DNA of 63,627 nt, the filler included, from Thraustochytrium aureum (Eukaryota), in assembly GCA_012862495.1 (NCBI GenBank). It is 4 parts of one record of this genome, joined end to end, with 100 filler letters (N's around TTAATTAATTAA, not from the genome) between each part and the next. Parts side by side here need not be neighbours in the genome. Positions count along the whole stretch, not along the records: positions 15,254 to 34,428 come from BLSG01000009.1; positions 34,529 to 53,145 come from BLSG01000009.1; 2 more parts are not named here. The stretch is one strand, 5' to 3'. A program made the position numbers and the translations under genes. This document shows, one piece after another, positions 31,850 through 45,517 of this stretch (its first letter is position 1; the number at the start of each line of letters is the position of its first letter). A model generated the notes under the pieces. That model had not been told where the DNA came from. It made no database searches and worked only from the letters and a program-made list of their open reading frames with translations.

Positions 31850-34064
31850 CGAACCGGTCGAGCGTCTTTCCAGTGGTCCTGCGGCTTTTGCTTGTTGACG
31901 ATATTGTAGATCATGAGGAGCTCCGAGACGCGCTGCTCGATCACGCCAATATACTGGAGCAAGTTCTTCTCGGTGATCTCCAGCTTGGGCACAGCACCAC
32001 CCCGACCAACCGCTTGCTCGTCAAAGCTGTCGATGGACGGGTCCTCGAACGGCGCTCCTCGTTTGAGCCTCTTGCGGAGGGTCGTGGCGTTTCCACCGCG
32101 GGGCGAGCTGGGTGACATGCGTCCATTCCCCGACCTCAAACCAGGGCTATTTGGAGGTGACCGCACCTGGTTGGAAGTTCGCACGGGCTCTGCTGACAAG
32201 ACTCCAGGCGCAGGCGGAGAGCCCTCGACCCCACCATCGCTGCGGCTCCGCTCTAGAGCGCTCGCATCTCGGTCGGCCCCTCCAGCTTCCTTGTCCGCCC
32301 GCTGTCGAAATGCGTCGGGGTCAGAAATCCCAGCCGTGCCTGTGTGGAAGCAAAAGCTTTCGATCAGCTTGGTGTCGCAGCCAATGCGGACAAACATGGA
32401 CGCCACCGCGTTCTTGACTTGGTCGACAATGCGCGAAGCTTGCGACCAACCTCTTCTTGGACGGCGGTGCGCGTCACGAGCCGGTCTAGCCGGTCGTCGA
32501 GCTGCTTCAGAATCGAGCGCCCGCTGGTCGACTCGCCATCCTTGCCCCGATACCTCTCGATCTCTTCGCGCTCAACGGTGACGCAGCTCTCCAGCTCCTC
32601 AATCTGCTCGCTCAGCAAGTTGACGTGGGTGAAGAGGCGGAAGATCTCCTCTTCGCGCTGCAAAAAGGTCTCCACCATGTCCGCAGGCGTCTCAATCCCT
32701 GTCTTGGCTTTGATCAAGTTGAAGCCCTCCTCGAGAGTACTTGCCTTGCCGTCGAGCGCTTGCAACGCGACTTGGCCGCGCGCGATCTGCCATCTGCTCG
32801 CTTGGATGTTGCTTTTCAGCGCCTTCTCTTCGTTCACGGTCAAGTTGCCTGCAAGCGCCGTATTCGAGAGGTCCTCCAGGTCTCGCATGTGCATACTTAT
32901 CGATCCGTGAGGTCCGACGCCAGACAAGCCGCTGCGCGAGCCTTGCCGTCGCATCACCGCCCCCTGAACGTTGCGCCTGCTCTGGCCTTTCTCAAACGCG
33001 CTGCTAAACGGCGAAAACTGCAAGAGAGCCTTCTTGGCCTCCTCGCGCTTGCGTGTCTCTTCTTCGGCCATTTTCAGTTCGCGCTCTTTCTTCTCTTGCC
33101 ACAGACGCATGCGCTCGCGCTCTGACTTGGCTCCCACAAAGACCCCGAGCGCCTGCCACTCTTCCTTCATTTCCGCCACGATGCGCTCGGCCTCCTCGTT
33201 TGTGCGCCGAATTTCGGCGCGAATATCAGCCTCCCTGGCCTTGGCCGCCTCGATGTCCTTGAGGACTTCCTCACGCCTGACGGCAATCGCCTGGCGCTCT
33301 TCGATCATTTCACGTTGCAAGAGCATGTCGTCCATTTGCTGGTACCTCATCTCGTTGATTGAGACGCGGATCTCCTTGTCCCGGGTGATCGCGTCGTTGA
33401 GTCGGAGGTGCAGCGCATCGAGACGTGCAACGTAGGCTTCCTGCTTGGAGCCAATCTTGCGCGCGCCCTTGGCCATGCGCTGCTGCGCGCGCAGCTCTTT
33501 GCGGACTTGCTCTAGCTTGCGCGTAACTTCAACGATCTGCTGTTGCTGCTGCTCCACCGTGCGTTTCTGCCGTTCAATCCGTCGCACGAGCTCGTTGCTC
33601 TCGTCAGTGACGCTAGTAAGAATCTCCATCCCAGCCCGGGTTTTCGGGGTTTGCCCTTCCGGGCTGGCTCCCTCTCCGCCTTGGCCTTCTGCGCGAGCCA
33701 TAGCCTCGCGCTCCGCAATCTTGTCGATCAGCTCACTGCGGCGCGAGTCTTTGTTGCGCCCTGCTAGCGGCACACGCGCTGTTTCTGCGATGGCGCTGAT
33801 TCGTCGGGGGGATCGCAGCCGCGGCGACGGGCTCGCGGCGGCTTCTTGCGGCTCCTTCTTTTTCCGTTTGCGTGCAGCGGCTTTGGCCCCCGAAGCAGGG
33901 CTTGCGCTTCTGGCACCTTTTGGCGGATTCTTCCGTCGCCCGTCTCGGCCGCTGCCGTCCACGGCGGCTGCGCCGCTCGCTAGCCCCTGCGAGATGGCCT
34001 CATTTTGGCTCACCGGATTCGGCGGCCGCGCTGTCGCGGCAGCTTTGCGGAGCGCCCCCAGCAT
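31850..34064 (-). CDS. ODAD1: Outer dynein arm docking complex coiled-coil subunit (ODA1/DC2, CCDC114/CCDC63-like); frameshift near 32430; 3' end in N gap
   Basis: Long coiled coil; EEGFNLIKAKTGIETPADMVETFLQREEEIFRLFTHVNLLSEQIEELE and ITEKNLLQYIGVIEQRVSELL match the conserved blocks of the CCDC114/ODA1 family. Confidence 0.75.
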
Positions 34065-34428
34065 CACGCGGGGCGCCGCACCTCGCTCGCTCGAGTCTGT
34101 CCGCCAGGGCGCGTCGAGCACGAGCACGAGCCCCAACACAACAAGAGCACCAACAGCGCCGGCGCGAACGAGGCCTGCCGCAGCGCCACGCCAGCGAGCG
34201 CGACGGCCCCTCCAATTCCAACTTGGTCGCCCGCGCCCGCTCGCACTCGGCCAGTTCAGCCCGCACATGCACTATCGCCATCGCAGCAGGCCACAAGGCC
34301 GTTCCAACGGATAGAAAAGTGCGAATGAAACCAAAGAAAGACTCGGAAAGGAGGAGGAAAAAGAGCGGTTGCTCGCGCTTACCTTACTCGTATGATCAGG
34401 AATTGGACCGTTGGAGGACACACGCCTG

Positions 34429-34528
34429 NNNNNNNNNNNNNNNNNNNNNNNNNNNNNNNNNNNNNNNNNNNNTTAATTAATTAANNNNNNNNNNNNNNNN
34501 NNNNNNNNNNNNNNNNNNNNNNNNNNNN
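34429..34528. other. Artificial scaffold-joining linker
   Basis: 44 N + TTAATTAATTAA (34473-34484) + 44 N. Confidence 0.97.
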
Positions 34529-34795
34529 CAGCAGGCCCCTGACGGGCGCTTCGCCGAGGTGTCGCTACCGACGCCAGACCCCGCTGGCTCCTCGCAGCAC
34601 GTTGATCTGGGCGGGGAGGCTATTTCGTCACTTGCTGCCACCGTGGCGAGCGCGGAAGGCCGAGCGAGCGCTCCGCTCGGGAGCGCGCGCTCTCGGCGCG
34701 CTGAGCCCTTCAAGGTGACGCGATCGTACTGTTTTGATTTGATTGATTTCATGGACAAGAAACACGAAATAAAAACAGTTCCTGCGAGAATACCT

Positions 34796-36824
34796 CTACG
34801 TGCCGGGACTTGCCTCAAACAGGGTGTTGCACCGGCGTCGCCCACCCAGGCTGGGCTGCTGCTGTTGCCGCTCTGGCCTGGACGCTCCACTGGCGCTAGG
34901 AACACAACGCTTCTCGCCTGCAGAGCCAGGCCCTGCGCCAGCCCCGTCGCGAGCGGGACGCGCGCGGCCCGCAGCCCCGACCCCGTCAGTAAGCCCAAGC
35001 GCGCCGCGCATGGCCCTGAGCTGAAAGTAGTACTTGGCGTACTGGCTCGAGGAAACCCGTACCTCGTACTTGATCGCCTCCAACAAGGAAATCTCGAGCT
35101 CGTTGATGCGCTTGAGGGTAAAGCTGGGGCATATGAGCGAAAAGTCTGCGTTCCACATCGAGAGGTCGTCCCAGACCTTGGAAGCCAAAATCATTGTGCT
35201 GAGAACAATGCCTTTCCAGTTGCCGGCGGTGAGCGCGAGCCTGCCCTTTGTGGCCTTGAGGAGCCGCTCCAGGTACGCAAACGACATGATGAGACACTCC
35301 TTTTCCATCTGCGCCTTTTGGTAAACATCGCGCACGAAGCCCAGGATGGCGTCTCGCGTCGGGACAGGCGACCGCGCATTCAAGCCCGCCTCTGCGCTGG
35401 TGCTGGTGCTGGTGGTGACGGCGCTCGCCGTGGCTGTTGCGGCCGCGGCGTGTTCGTGGCTGTCGGCGCCCGTCTGCTGTCCCTGGTCTTGCTGCGCTGT
35501 CCCAGATGCCGGCTTGCGAAAGTCCTCTTCGAACACGCGATACCTCGTTGGGATGGCGACCCGCGGGCCCAGCGCAAACTGAGCCATGTGCGCCTGAATC
35601 ACCGCGCTCACGCACGCGAGCTCCTCAGAAGCGTCCGGGTCGGTCATCGTGCTCGTCACGTAGATCGAGTTGGTCGTGTTGGCGCGGTCTCGGCGCAGCG
35701 GCGGCGGTGGTGGCGGCAGAGTGTGCTGTCCCGAGGGCGCAGCCTCGAGACTTTTCGCCGCGTTTCCTGCCGCGCTGCTGCTCTGCGCATCCTCCTCCTC
35801 CTCGCCTTCCTCCTCCTTGACCGCAGACGCGAACGAAACGCTGACGCTCTTGCGGCGCAAGCGCTCGCCCCCGGCTTGGTTGGTGTCCGCGAAGCGCGCA
35901 AAGGTCTCGAGTGACTGCTGGTCGATTGAGGAAAAGGTGCGAAACCGCCCCACTGGACCCGCGCCGCTCACAGCGCTGGCAGTTTCGCACTCGTCGAGGT
36001 CTTCGACAGTCCCGGATCGGCCTGGCCGGCCCCAACACCGGCTCGTCCGTCCCGGTAAAGGGGGTGGCCAGGTCGTCCGCGTCGCTTCGCGTGCTAGCCC
36101 TGCTCGCACTGCTCTGCCACGTGCCCTCTTGCGTGAGCTGGCCACCGCTCTCGGACCCTTCGTCGCTCGTGTTGGCTTCGTCGTCGGGGTCGTACGTCGC
36201 GTCGCTCGTTGAGCGAGACACACTATGCCCGGGCGCGCTGGGGCCTTGCAGCGCGGGCGCGGACGTCAACGTGCTGGTGCTGCTCGTGCTCCAGCTCCTA
36301 GCCCTTGCTGCGTTCGCCAAGGGCCCGAGCGCTTTCGCCGTCCTCCGCTGCGCCGCGCTTCCCTTGGCCTCGTGCTGCGCCGCGCCCGCCCTCGCCTCGT
36401 GTGCATGAGCGGCAGCGCTCTGCGCAACAACAGCCCCATTCTGTGCGACAGCGGCAGCGTCCCGCGTATGTCCGGCAGCGTACTGCGCCGGCGCCAGCCC
36501 ATCGCCAAGGTCACGCGAAGCGGCTTGGGCCGCCGTCGCGCTGCTGTTCACCATCACCATCGCCACGGGCTGAAACACCGCTGGAGGCTCCCATTGCGTG
36601 ACGCCCGTCAGCCGATTAAAGTAATACATAGCGCCAGACTGGCCATCATACACCTGCATCCAGGCCGGCACGACGCCAGGAAAGCCTGCCGTCGGCCTCA
36701 CGCCGGCGCCGGCGCCATCCCCATCATACACGGCTGAACCAAACCCGGACAGGGCCGTGGCAGCAGCAGCAGGCCCGCCGTACTGCCAGCCTCCATACGC
36801 AGCACCGTTGTTATAGTACGCCAT
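34796..36824 (-). CDS. Cyclin Y-like protein with N-terminal WW domain; frameshift near 36010; exact C-terminus uncertain
   Basis: WW: PAWMQVYDGQSGAMYYFNRLTGVTQWEPP. Cyclin Y box: AQMEKECLIMSFAYLERLL...NWKGIVLSTMILASKVWDDLSMWNADF...INELE..LLEAIKYEVRVSSSQYAKYYFQLR. Confidence 0.85.
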
Positions 36825-37844
36825 AACGCGCCACAGGCAGGTTGGCTGCCCAGCGAGCCGCGCCTCCGCCGTCCTCGCGAGTCTGCCCTGCGCCACATTG
36901 AATCGCCGGAGGACGAAGAGTGAACTGATCGTCGCGGCGGGCTCGAGCTCTCTGCCGATGCCGATCACGCGGCGCACCGGCGCGCGAGCCCATCCATCAG
37001 CTCAGAGGCTGGTTGCTGTGCGTGTGTGCGTGCTGGGCACTCGCTTGGCGTGGACTTGACCAGGTTCGGAAGCCCCGATCAACTGGCCCGACTCGGCCTC
37101 GTTCTTGCGCCTCGGGTTGCCTGCCTGCCTGCCTGCCTGCCTGCCTGCCGCGAGGACCGGGCCGCACGGCGTTGGACCAGCAGCGTCTGATGGAATCGAT
37201 GTCGCGCTGCTCCTTCTCGCGAAGGACGCCCGCGCGAGAGCCCGCGCGCCTCGAGCCGCGTTGATGAAGAGGCCGCGCGGCGCCTTGTGCGTTGCCGTAG
37301 CTTTTCCTGGACGTTGCGCGGAGCACAGTGGCGAACAGCGCAGGCCCTCGAACTCATTTGCGCGATCGGAGTGAGAGCGCTCCAATCGTCCTGATGCGTA
37401 GGCAATCGATGGGCCTGCCGCTCAGTTACCGTGTGCCACAAAGCGGCGCGCGACTTGCGCGCTCAGGCATGGCTCGAAAGAGTTTCTCCGGCTGCGGCCC
37501 CAAGCGTCGGGCTCGACAACCTGCAGCGCCGCAGCGGACGCTTCTACTTGCCCCATGGGCGGGTGCGTATCACGAGTATGTGCGCTGAGGTTCATGGTCG
37601 GGCCTTCCCTGCGTTGGAGGTAGGTAGAGTAGTCAGTTGGTTTTGACTTGGTGTAACGGTCCGATGCTCCAACTCCGATGGGGCTTCCAGACCCTGTCAG
37701 CATCCATCGGCGTGGTGCGGCACGCGAGCTGCTGGTGGCAACAACGAGAGATTTGCGCGAGCAGATTGGCAGGCAAGCAAGGGCGACGGAGAGGACAGGC
37801 AGCCAGCCAGGCAGCTCACTTGGCCGGCGTGTGACAGCGGAAAA

Positions 37845-40800
37845 ATGAGTCTCGCTAAAGCCGCCTCGCAGTGGGCCAGGCAGGTGGCTGCGCTGACCAA
37901 GAAGAACGTTACCCTGCAGCTGCGTAACAAGGCTGCTACTGCGACGCAACTCCTCATCGGCGTGTTCTTCCTCGCGCTGCTAATGCTGATGGACTCGGCG
38001 GTCAAGTCAGCCGCGAAGCGCGACGCCAGCACGATCTACACAGAGTTTCCACCTGTGACCGACGCGAGCACCTTCGTTCACTGCACGAGCGGGGCAGAAC
38101 CCTGCTACGACTTTGTATTCACGCACTCCGGCAACGCGACGGAAGCCGCATGGTCAAAAGTGCGCAGTGTCGCGGACGCAGCGAGAGCGCAGATCGGAGC
38201 TCCGCAAGACAAGGTGCTGGAGCTGGAGTCGGACGAGGCTCTAAACCAGTGGATTCTCGAGCATCCGAACCGCACGCTCGCAGCAATCACCTTCTCCGAA
38301 GCAGACTCTTGGCTCGAGGCGGCGCAGCCCGACTCGGCATTCAGTTACGTGCTGCGATACAACAAGACCAAGACGTGCGCCGCTTTGAGCATATTCGGCT
38401 GCAACAACCCCACCGCTGAGATCGCCGTGCCTTTGCAGGTGGCGATCGACTCTGGCTTCCTGAACGAGTTTGGGACCACATTGACCGACGGCCCACCTGC
38501 CCGCATCGAGGTCGGGTTTAGCGACTTTGCGCACCCCGACCTCCCGTCCTCGTTCGACGTCGTGTCCGCGTATGGCGCGACGTTCCTCTACATCGCCGCC
38601 TCTTTCAACTACGTAATCCAGCTCACCTTGATTGTCGAGGAAAAGGAGCTCCACCTCGTCGAGGCCCTCAAGCAGATGGGCATGTCGCATAGCGCGTACT
38701 GGGTCTCGTGGCTCACCGTCAACTGCCTGGTTAACACCGCCATGGTGCTGCTTCTGATCCTCTTCGGGCAGATCTTCCAGCTCGAGGTCTTCAAGGAGAC
38801 CTCGTTTGGCCTGCTGCTTTCGTTCTTCTGGCTCTCGTCCATGTCGTTCACGGCGCTCGGGTTCCTGTTCTCGACCCTGACGCGGTCTACCAGCTCGGCA
38901 CGGCTACTCGGCATCGGCGTCTTTATCCTCACGTTCATCGCTAGCCCCATCCTCGTGACGTTCATCATGGCGAGCGGGAGCGAAGACTACGACGTGGCGC
39001 GCAGGATCATGAGCCTCTTGCCGGTGTTTTCGTTCTACTTTGTCCTCACCAATCTGATATCTCGCAGCTCTGGCCAAGCCAACGCGGGCATGTCGTGGAA
39101 CGAGCGCGGGCTCAACGTTCTGCCCCCGGATGCAGATAGCCCCAATGGTGGGGGCGTTTGGAGCGTCGAGGACTCGCTTTTATGGATGGTTGACGGGTTT
39201 TTGGTGCTGTGCTTTCTGGCTTGGTACCTGGATCATGTCATTCCCAACGAGCACGGCCACCGCGACTCGGTTTTCTTCTTCCTCAAACCCTCGTTCTGGT
39301 TTCCGCGGCTCGGAGCGCGCTCCAGGCCTGGCCCAAGCTCAGCGAGTCTCGGAAATGCCAAGGTCTCGCCTGCCGCGAACGACGAAAATGTCGACCCTGA
39401 CGTGCGCGAGGAAGCCGAGGCCGTCCGCTCGGACGACTTTAAGGGTCGCGATATCGCTGTCAAGGTCAAACAGCTCACGAAAACGTTCAAGGCCTCCTAC
39501 TTTGACGAGCCCTTTCACGCGGTGCGTGCCATTGAATACGCCATCGACAAAAACTCGACGTTCGTGATGCTCGGCCACAACGGCGCCGGCAAGTCGACAA
39601 GCATTAACATGCTCACGGGCCTCGCCGACGTCTCTGGTGGGGACGCTGAGATTTTCGGGTTTTCGGTCGTGCGAGACATGGCTTCGATTCAGGCCATCAT
39701 GGGCGTCTGCCCGCAGCACGATATTTTGTGGGACAATTTGACTGGGCGCGAGCACCTGCGCTTGTTTGCCACAATCAAGGGCGTGCCGTCGGCCGACGTC
39801 GCCGACGAAATCGCCCGCCGCCTCGAGCAGACGCTCTTGACGGAGGCAGCCGACCGTCCGTCGTGGACGTACAGCGGTGGCATGAAGCGCCGGCTCTCGA
39901 TCGCAATCGCGCTCATTGGCGACCCCAAGGTAGTGTTCCTGGATGAGCCGACCACGGGCATGGACCCGCTTACGCGCAGACAGGTCTGGAATATGATCGC
40001 AGAGGCAAAGAAAGGGCGGGTCATCTTCTTGACCACGCATAGCATGGAGGAAGCCGACTGTCTCGGCGACCGCATCGCGGTCATGAGCCACGGCAGGGTG
40101 CAAGCCATCGGCACGAGCTTGAGGCTCAAATCCAAGTTCGGTTCTGGCTACCAAATGACTGCATTGGTCAAGGACATGGGCAACATCAAGGCCACGGCAG
40201 AGGCGCAGCAACGCATTGCGGCCTACCTCGAGGCGCACGCCCCAGATGGGACAAGCCGGCCGGACGTGTCGCGCCCAGGCCTCGTTTCTGTGGTTCTTCC
40301 GCCCATAGCCGTCGGTGACAGGGACGCGCCAAAGCGGCTGGCTGCATTCCTGCGCGCGTTTGAGGGGACGAAAGACGAGCTGGGGTTTGCAGACTACGCG
40401 CTCCAACAATCCACGCTGGAGACCGTTTTCCTCAAACTCAGCGAACTGGACAAATTCATTGAGCGCCCTGCGGAGGAAGTCGCGGCGGAGCTCGGTGCCG
40501 CGCAGGTCGGCTCTGGCAACAAGGTGGGCCCTGAAGCAGAGGCAGACTCGGCGAGCCTCAAGCCAGTCGGGCTGCAGACGCAGTTCACCGCACTGTTCCG
40601 CAAATCTGTCCGGTACCAGTGCACGCAACGGCTGAGCTGTTGCGCTATCATTTCGTTCCCGCTCGTCATCATGTGTCTCTTGCTCCTCGTCGAGGTCGCG
40701 CTTTTCACTCCATTCAGAACCAGCGCGGTATGCGGCGACGGCGTCGCCAAGGAAGACTGCATTGCGAACGGCACTGACTTGAAGTGCGTAGCCGACATTA

Positions 40801-43800
40801 CCGCGATGAGCAGGCCCGCCTCTCCCCAGCCCGAGGTGGGCATGGTGCACACAAGAGGCAGATACGGGGGCATCAACCCGAATTGCGACGAGCGAGCCTG
40901 CTTTGACAACCTCGAGCTGGCCTCCTACCGCGACATCCCCTTGTTCGTCACTGCCGGCACAGAGCCGGGCGAGGTCGACATGCGCGCAGGCGTCGGTTCT
41001 GGTGCCGGAGCTAGCGATGATGCCCGCCTCAAGCAGTGGTACCTGGACCTGGGCTTTCTGTCGTTCAACGAGTCGTGCTCGGTCGACTTTTTCGCCGCAT
41101 TCGACCCCTCGATAGTCTGCGCGAACGCCACCTTTTCAGAGCTCGCTCAATGCCAGGCCAGCACGCGCGAGCTCAGCGCAGCAGTTGAGTACCTTCGAAG
41201 CAACGGGACCATCTCGTTTGGGTCGGGGTTTGCGATGTGCGCCCCGGGCGCGATGCGAGTGCCGACGCGAGAAATGTACGCTGCCGCCTCGAAGGTGATT
41301 GAAACGCACGATAGCTGCCTCGTGAGTACGCTTCAGGACATCTGGTCGCACCTCTTGGCCGATCCGAATGACGGGTGGCGAGCTGTGGACGCCATACGCC
41401 GTCACAATTACACGCGCTCCACAGCGGGGCCGCTCGGCTCGTTCACGAGCGCGCCGCTGAGCGATAAGATCGCCGCTGCGCTGGACAGCAAACTGTCGGG
41501 CGCTGCGGGCTTGGGGCTCGGCAGTCTGTGCCAGTTCCCGACACACCTAGCGCGGGTCGCCGAAAAGCTTGACGTGAGCGATGAGGATGCTGCTGCTGGC
41601 TTGGAAAACATTTGCAACGTATTGGGCAACATAGATGTCGTGCGCGGGCTCTCGTTCCGGCGCACCTTTGAGACGCCAGCGGACCTCCGCAAGCACGGAA
41701 TGTTGGAGGCGTGGGGTGGAGAAGAGGTGCAGACCGCGCTCATGCGAGAGAAGGCCGCCGAGTTGATCCCAGCGGAGGCCTACCGCGCGCGGCACTATCT
41801 TGCCCACTGGATGGCCTACGAGATTGAGGCCGCAGACCAAGCAACGCACCAGTACAAGTACACGGCCTTTTTCAACAACAGTGGGACCGGAAACACCAGA
41901 GCTGGCAACTGGTTCCCGCTGGTGTGGTCCATGAACAGCGCGATTGTGCAACAGGGCACAGGGCGCAAGATCCACTTTATGCTGCAGGACATGCCGCGGT
42001 CATTCAAGTGCAACCGCGACGCATGGTTGCGCGGGGAAGCTGCCAGGCTCGAGTGCGACCTCCTCCAGGGGTTCCTTGCCGTGTCCATCCTCGACTTTCT
42101 CGCTGTGCAGCTTTTTCCATACCTGCTCATGGTGCACATGTTTGTCGTGGTAGGGCTCATCGTGTACGAAAAGGAGAACAGGCTCAGAATGATCATGAAA
42201 ATGATGGGTCTCTCCATGCGCGCGTACTGGGCAGTCAACTATCTGTTCTACTTTGCGCAGTACCTGCTGATGGTCATCCTGATGTGGCTGCTGGGTTCAG
42301 CGTCCGGCCTGCAGTTTTTCGTGCTTCACGATCCCGCGGTGATCCTGCTGTTTCTTCTGTCGTGGGGCAACCTCTTGGTAATTTTCTCGTTCTTTCTGAG
42401 CGTGTTCTTCAAGACGGGGCGCACGAGCACTGCAGCGATCTTTCTGTTCATGCTCATTGTCAACACGACAGGGTCGAACCTGCTGGACACGCTGATTCAG
42501 GACCCCAACTCGCCAGAGTCGGCGTACGCGCCGCTTATGCTCGTGCCGCCTCTCGTCATGACGCGGTGTTTGATGTGGCTCGGGATCGGGGCTGCCTTTG
42601 GCGAGAAGATCACGCTTGCCAACTGGACCACCTACGGGAACGGTGTGGTCTTCCGCTGCGTTGGCATTATGTGGGCCGAGGCCCTNNNNNNNNNNNNNNN
42701 NNNNNNNNNNNNNNNNNNNNNNNNNNNNNNNNNNNNNNNNNNNNNNNNNNNNNNNNNNNNNNNNNNNNNNNNNNNNNNNNNNNNNNNNNNNNNNNNNNNN
42801 NNNNNNNNNNNNNNNNNNNNNNNNNNNNNNNNNNNNNNNNNNNNNNNNNNNNNNNNNNNNNNNNNNNNNNNNNNNNNNNNNNNNNNNNNNNNNNNNNNNN
42901 NNNNNNNNNNNNNNNNNNNNNNNNNNNNNNNNNNNNNNNNNNNNNNNNNNNNNNNNNNGCTCGGCCTACTGGCGCCCGCCGGCCCTCTCTGAGGCGGAGC
43001 GCGCGGCGTCCGCGGAAGCGCTGGCCGCCGTGCCTTTGCCCCCGGGCGTCTCGGAAGCAGAGCTGCCAGACGACGTCCGCGCCGAGCACGACCGCGTCGT
43101 CCGCGCTCCCAAGGAGGGCGAGGCAAAGCCGCTGATCCGCGTGGCGCGACTGCACAAGCACTTCAAAGGCAAACTCGCGGTGCGCTCGTTTTCCTTGGGC
43201 GTCAACGAGCGCGAATGCTTTGCGCTCCTTGGCCACAATGGGGCCGGCAAGACGACAACGATAAACATGCTGACTGGTCTCTTTGAGCCCACGTCGGGGA
43301 CAGCCTTGGTGGACGGCCACTCGATTCGCACCGACATGGCAGCCATTTACCGCCGCATGGGGGTTTGTCCGCAGCACGATGTGATCTGGGACTCGCTTTC
43401 GGGCCCCGACCATTTGCGCTTCTACGGCCGTCTCAAGGGCCTGAGCGGGTCGGCGCTCGAGCGCGCCGTTAAGCAAGCGCTCGTCGACGTCAACCTGGCG
43501 TATGCGGGGAACCGGCCGGCCGGCCGGTACTCTGGCGGCATGAAGCGCCGCCTTAGCACTGCCATTGCCATCATCGGAAACCCGAAGACAGTCTATTTGG
43601 ACGAGCCGAGCACGGGGCTCGACCCCGCGTCGCGGCACCAGCTCTGGTCGGTCATCGCCCGCGCAAAGGGCGACAAGTCGATCGTTCTTACTTCCCACTC
43701 GATGGAGGAAGTTGAGGTTTTGTCGGACCGGGTTGGGATCATGGCGGACGGGATGTTTCAGTGCATCGGGACGACCGCGCAGCTAAAGCAGCGCTTTGGC

Positions 43801-44100
43801 AAAGGCTACACTTGCTCTGTCACCACGAGCGCCCGCGACGAGGCGGCGCACAAGCGCGTCCTTGACTTCATGACGGCGCGATTCCCAAGTGCAAAGCTGC
43901 GTAGCGAGCAGCTCTCGGGGTCCTCGGTCTTTGAGATTGAGCGCGCACAAGTGGTGCTCTCCAGGATCTTTGAGGACCTCGAGGCCGCGCGATCGGACCT
44001 CGGCATCGTCGACTGGTCCGTGTCAGAGTCCACTCTGGAGGACGTCTTCCTGCACCTGGCTCAGCACGGCGCAGTTGAGCCAGGCGCTGCGCAGCATTGA
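37845..44100 (+). CDS. Full-size ABCA-subfamily ABC transporter (TMD-NBD-TMD-NBD), interrupted by N gap 42686-42958
   Basis: Two NBDs: GHNGAGKST/GHNGAGKTT, GVCPQHD, YSGGMKRRLS, LDEPTTGMDP/LDEPSTGLDP, LTTHSMEEA, LKSKFGSGY/LKQRFGKGY, STLE(T/D)VFL. TMDs with IVEEKE and IVYEKENRL and large exoplasmic loops. Confidence 0.95.
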
Positions 44101-44609
44101 GCAAGTGGCTCGGATCCCCGCGGCGCATTTAGAAACAAAGACAAGTCGCCGGCAAGTCGCCGACAAGTCGCCGGCAAGTCGCTGACGTGACGTTTCGTCG
44201 AACAAGCAAGTACTAGTAGCAGGCATCATCGACGTTTTCTCCCCTCCTGCACTGCGCCGTTGTCGTACGAACGGCAAGAATTCCACGAGCTGCGCGGCGC
44301 CGAGCCGGCGGCCTCGATTGCAAGCCAATCGCGGCGCTCTTCCACTTGCGTCCATGCTGCCCGCATGCCGCGACCAGCCGCTTGGCAAAACCCTCAGCGT
44401 CCAGCATCGAGGAGTCATTCCGCTCGAGCGCCAGAACAGAAAAACACAAAAACGCGGCAACCCTGACCCCGAAAGCGAAACTGCGCCGACAGGTCCTCGC
44501 TCGCTCGCTCGCTTGCCTGGCTGCCTGCTCGCTTGCCTGGCGCCTTGCTTGCTTTCCAAAGACAGATAGGTTGCTTTGCTTGCAGGTTGGTGGGCTGCGG
44601 GCTGGCGCG

Positions 44610-45517
44610 ATGCATCGCGTTGCGCGAATGGCGCAACATTTGGGCCCTCCCAGCTCGCGTGGCGTTGCCACGAGCAGCTGTGCGGCGCAACGGCAGCCGG
44701 TGTGCCTCGTGGTGGGGGCTGGGGACGCCACTGGGGCCAGCGTGGCCAAACGCTTCGCTCGCGAGGGGTTCGTGACCTGTGTCGTGCGAAGGAACGGGGC
44801 CAAGCTGGAAGGGCTCATCAAGGACATCGAGGCGCTCGGCGGCCATGCCATGCNNNNNNNNNNNNNNNNNNNNNNNNNNNNNNNNNNNNNNNNNNNNNNN
44901 NNNNNNNNNNNNNNNNNNNNNNNNNNNNNNNNNNNNNNNNNNNNNNNNNNNNNNNNNNNNNNNNNNNNNNNNNNNNNNNNNNNNNNNNNNNNNNNNNNNN
45001 NNNNNNNNNNNNNNNNNNNNNNNNNNNNNNNNNNNNNNNNNNNNNNNNNNNNNNNNNNNNNNNNNNNNNNNNNNNNNNNNNNNNNNNNNNNNNNNNNNNN
45101 NNNNNNNNNNNNNNNNNNNNNNNNNNNNNNNNNNNNNNNNNNNNNNNNNNNGCGCGTGTGGTTCCGCGCGCAGCGGGCACCATTATCATCACTGGCGCGA
45201 CGGCTAGCTTGCGCGGCAAAGAGGGCTTTGCAGCCTTCTCCGGCGCCAAGCACGCCAAGCGGGCGCTCGCCTCGTCGATGGCTCGAGAGTTGGGGCCCAA
45301 GGGCATCCACGTCGCGCACGCAATAATCGACGGCCCAATCGACACCGAGTTTATCCGCAGCATCTTTGGGAAGGAGAACGCGGACGCGATGCGCGAGACG
45401 GACAGCCTGCTCCAGCCGGACGCGATTGCCGACGCCTACTGGATGATCCACAGCCAGCCGCGGACGGCCTGGACATTCGAGCTGGACTTGCGTCCGTGGG
45501 ACCAGTCGCACGCCTGA
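44610..45517 (+). CDS. Short-chain dehydrogenase/reductase with possible organellar targeting presequence; middle in N gap
   Basis: CLVVGAGDATGASVAKRFAREG Rossmann motif; GTIIITGATASLRG, FAAFSGAKHAKRALASSMARELGPKGIHVAH, PDAIADAYW, WTFELDLRP. Arg/Ser-rich acid-free N-terminus. Confidence 0.88.
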
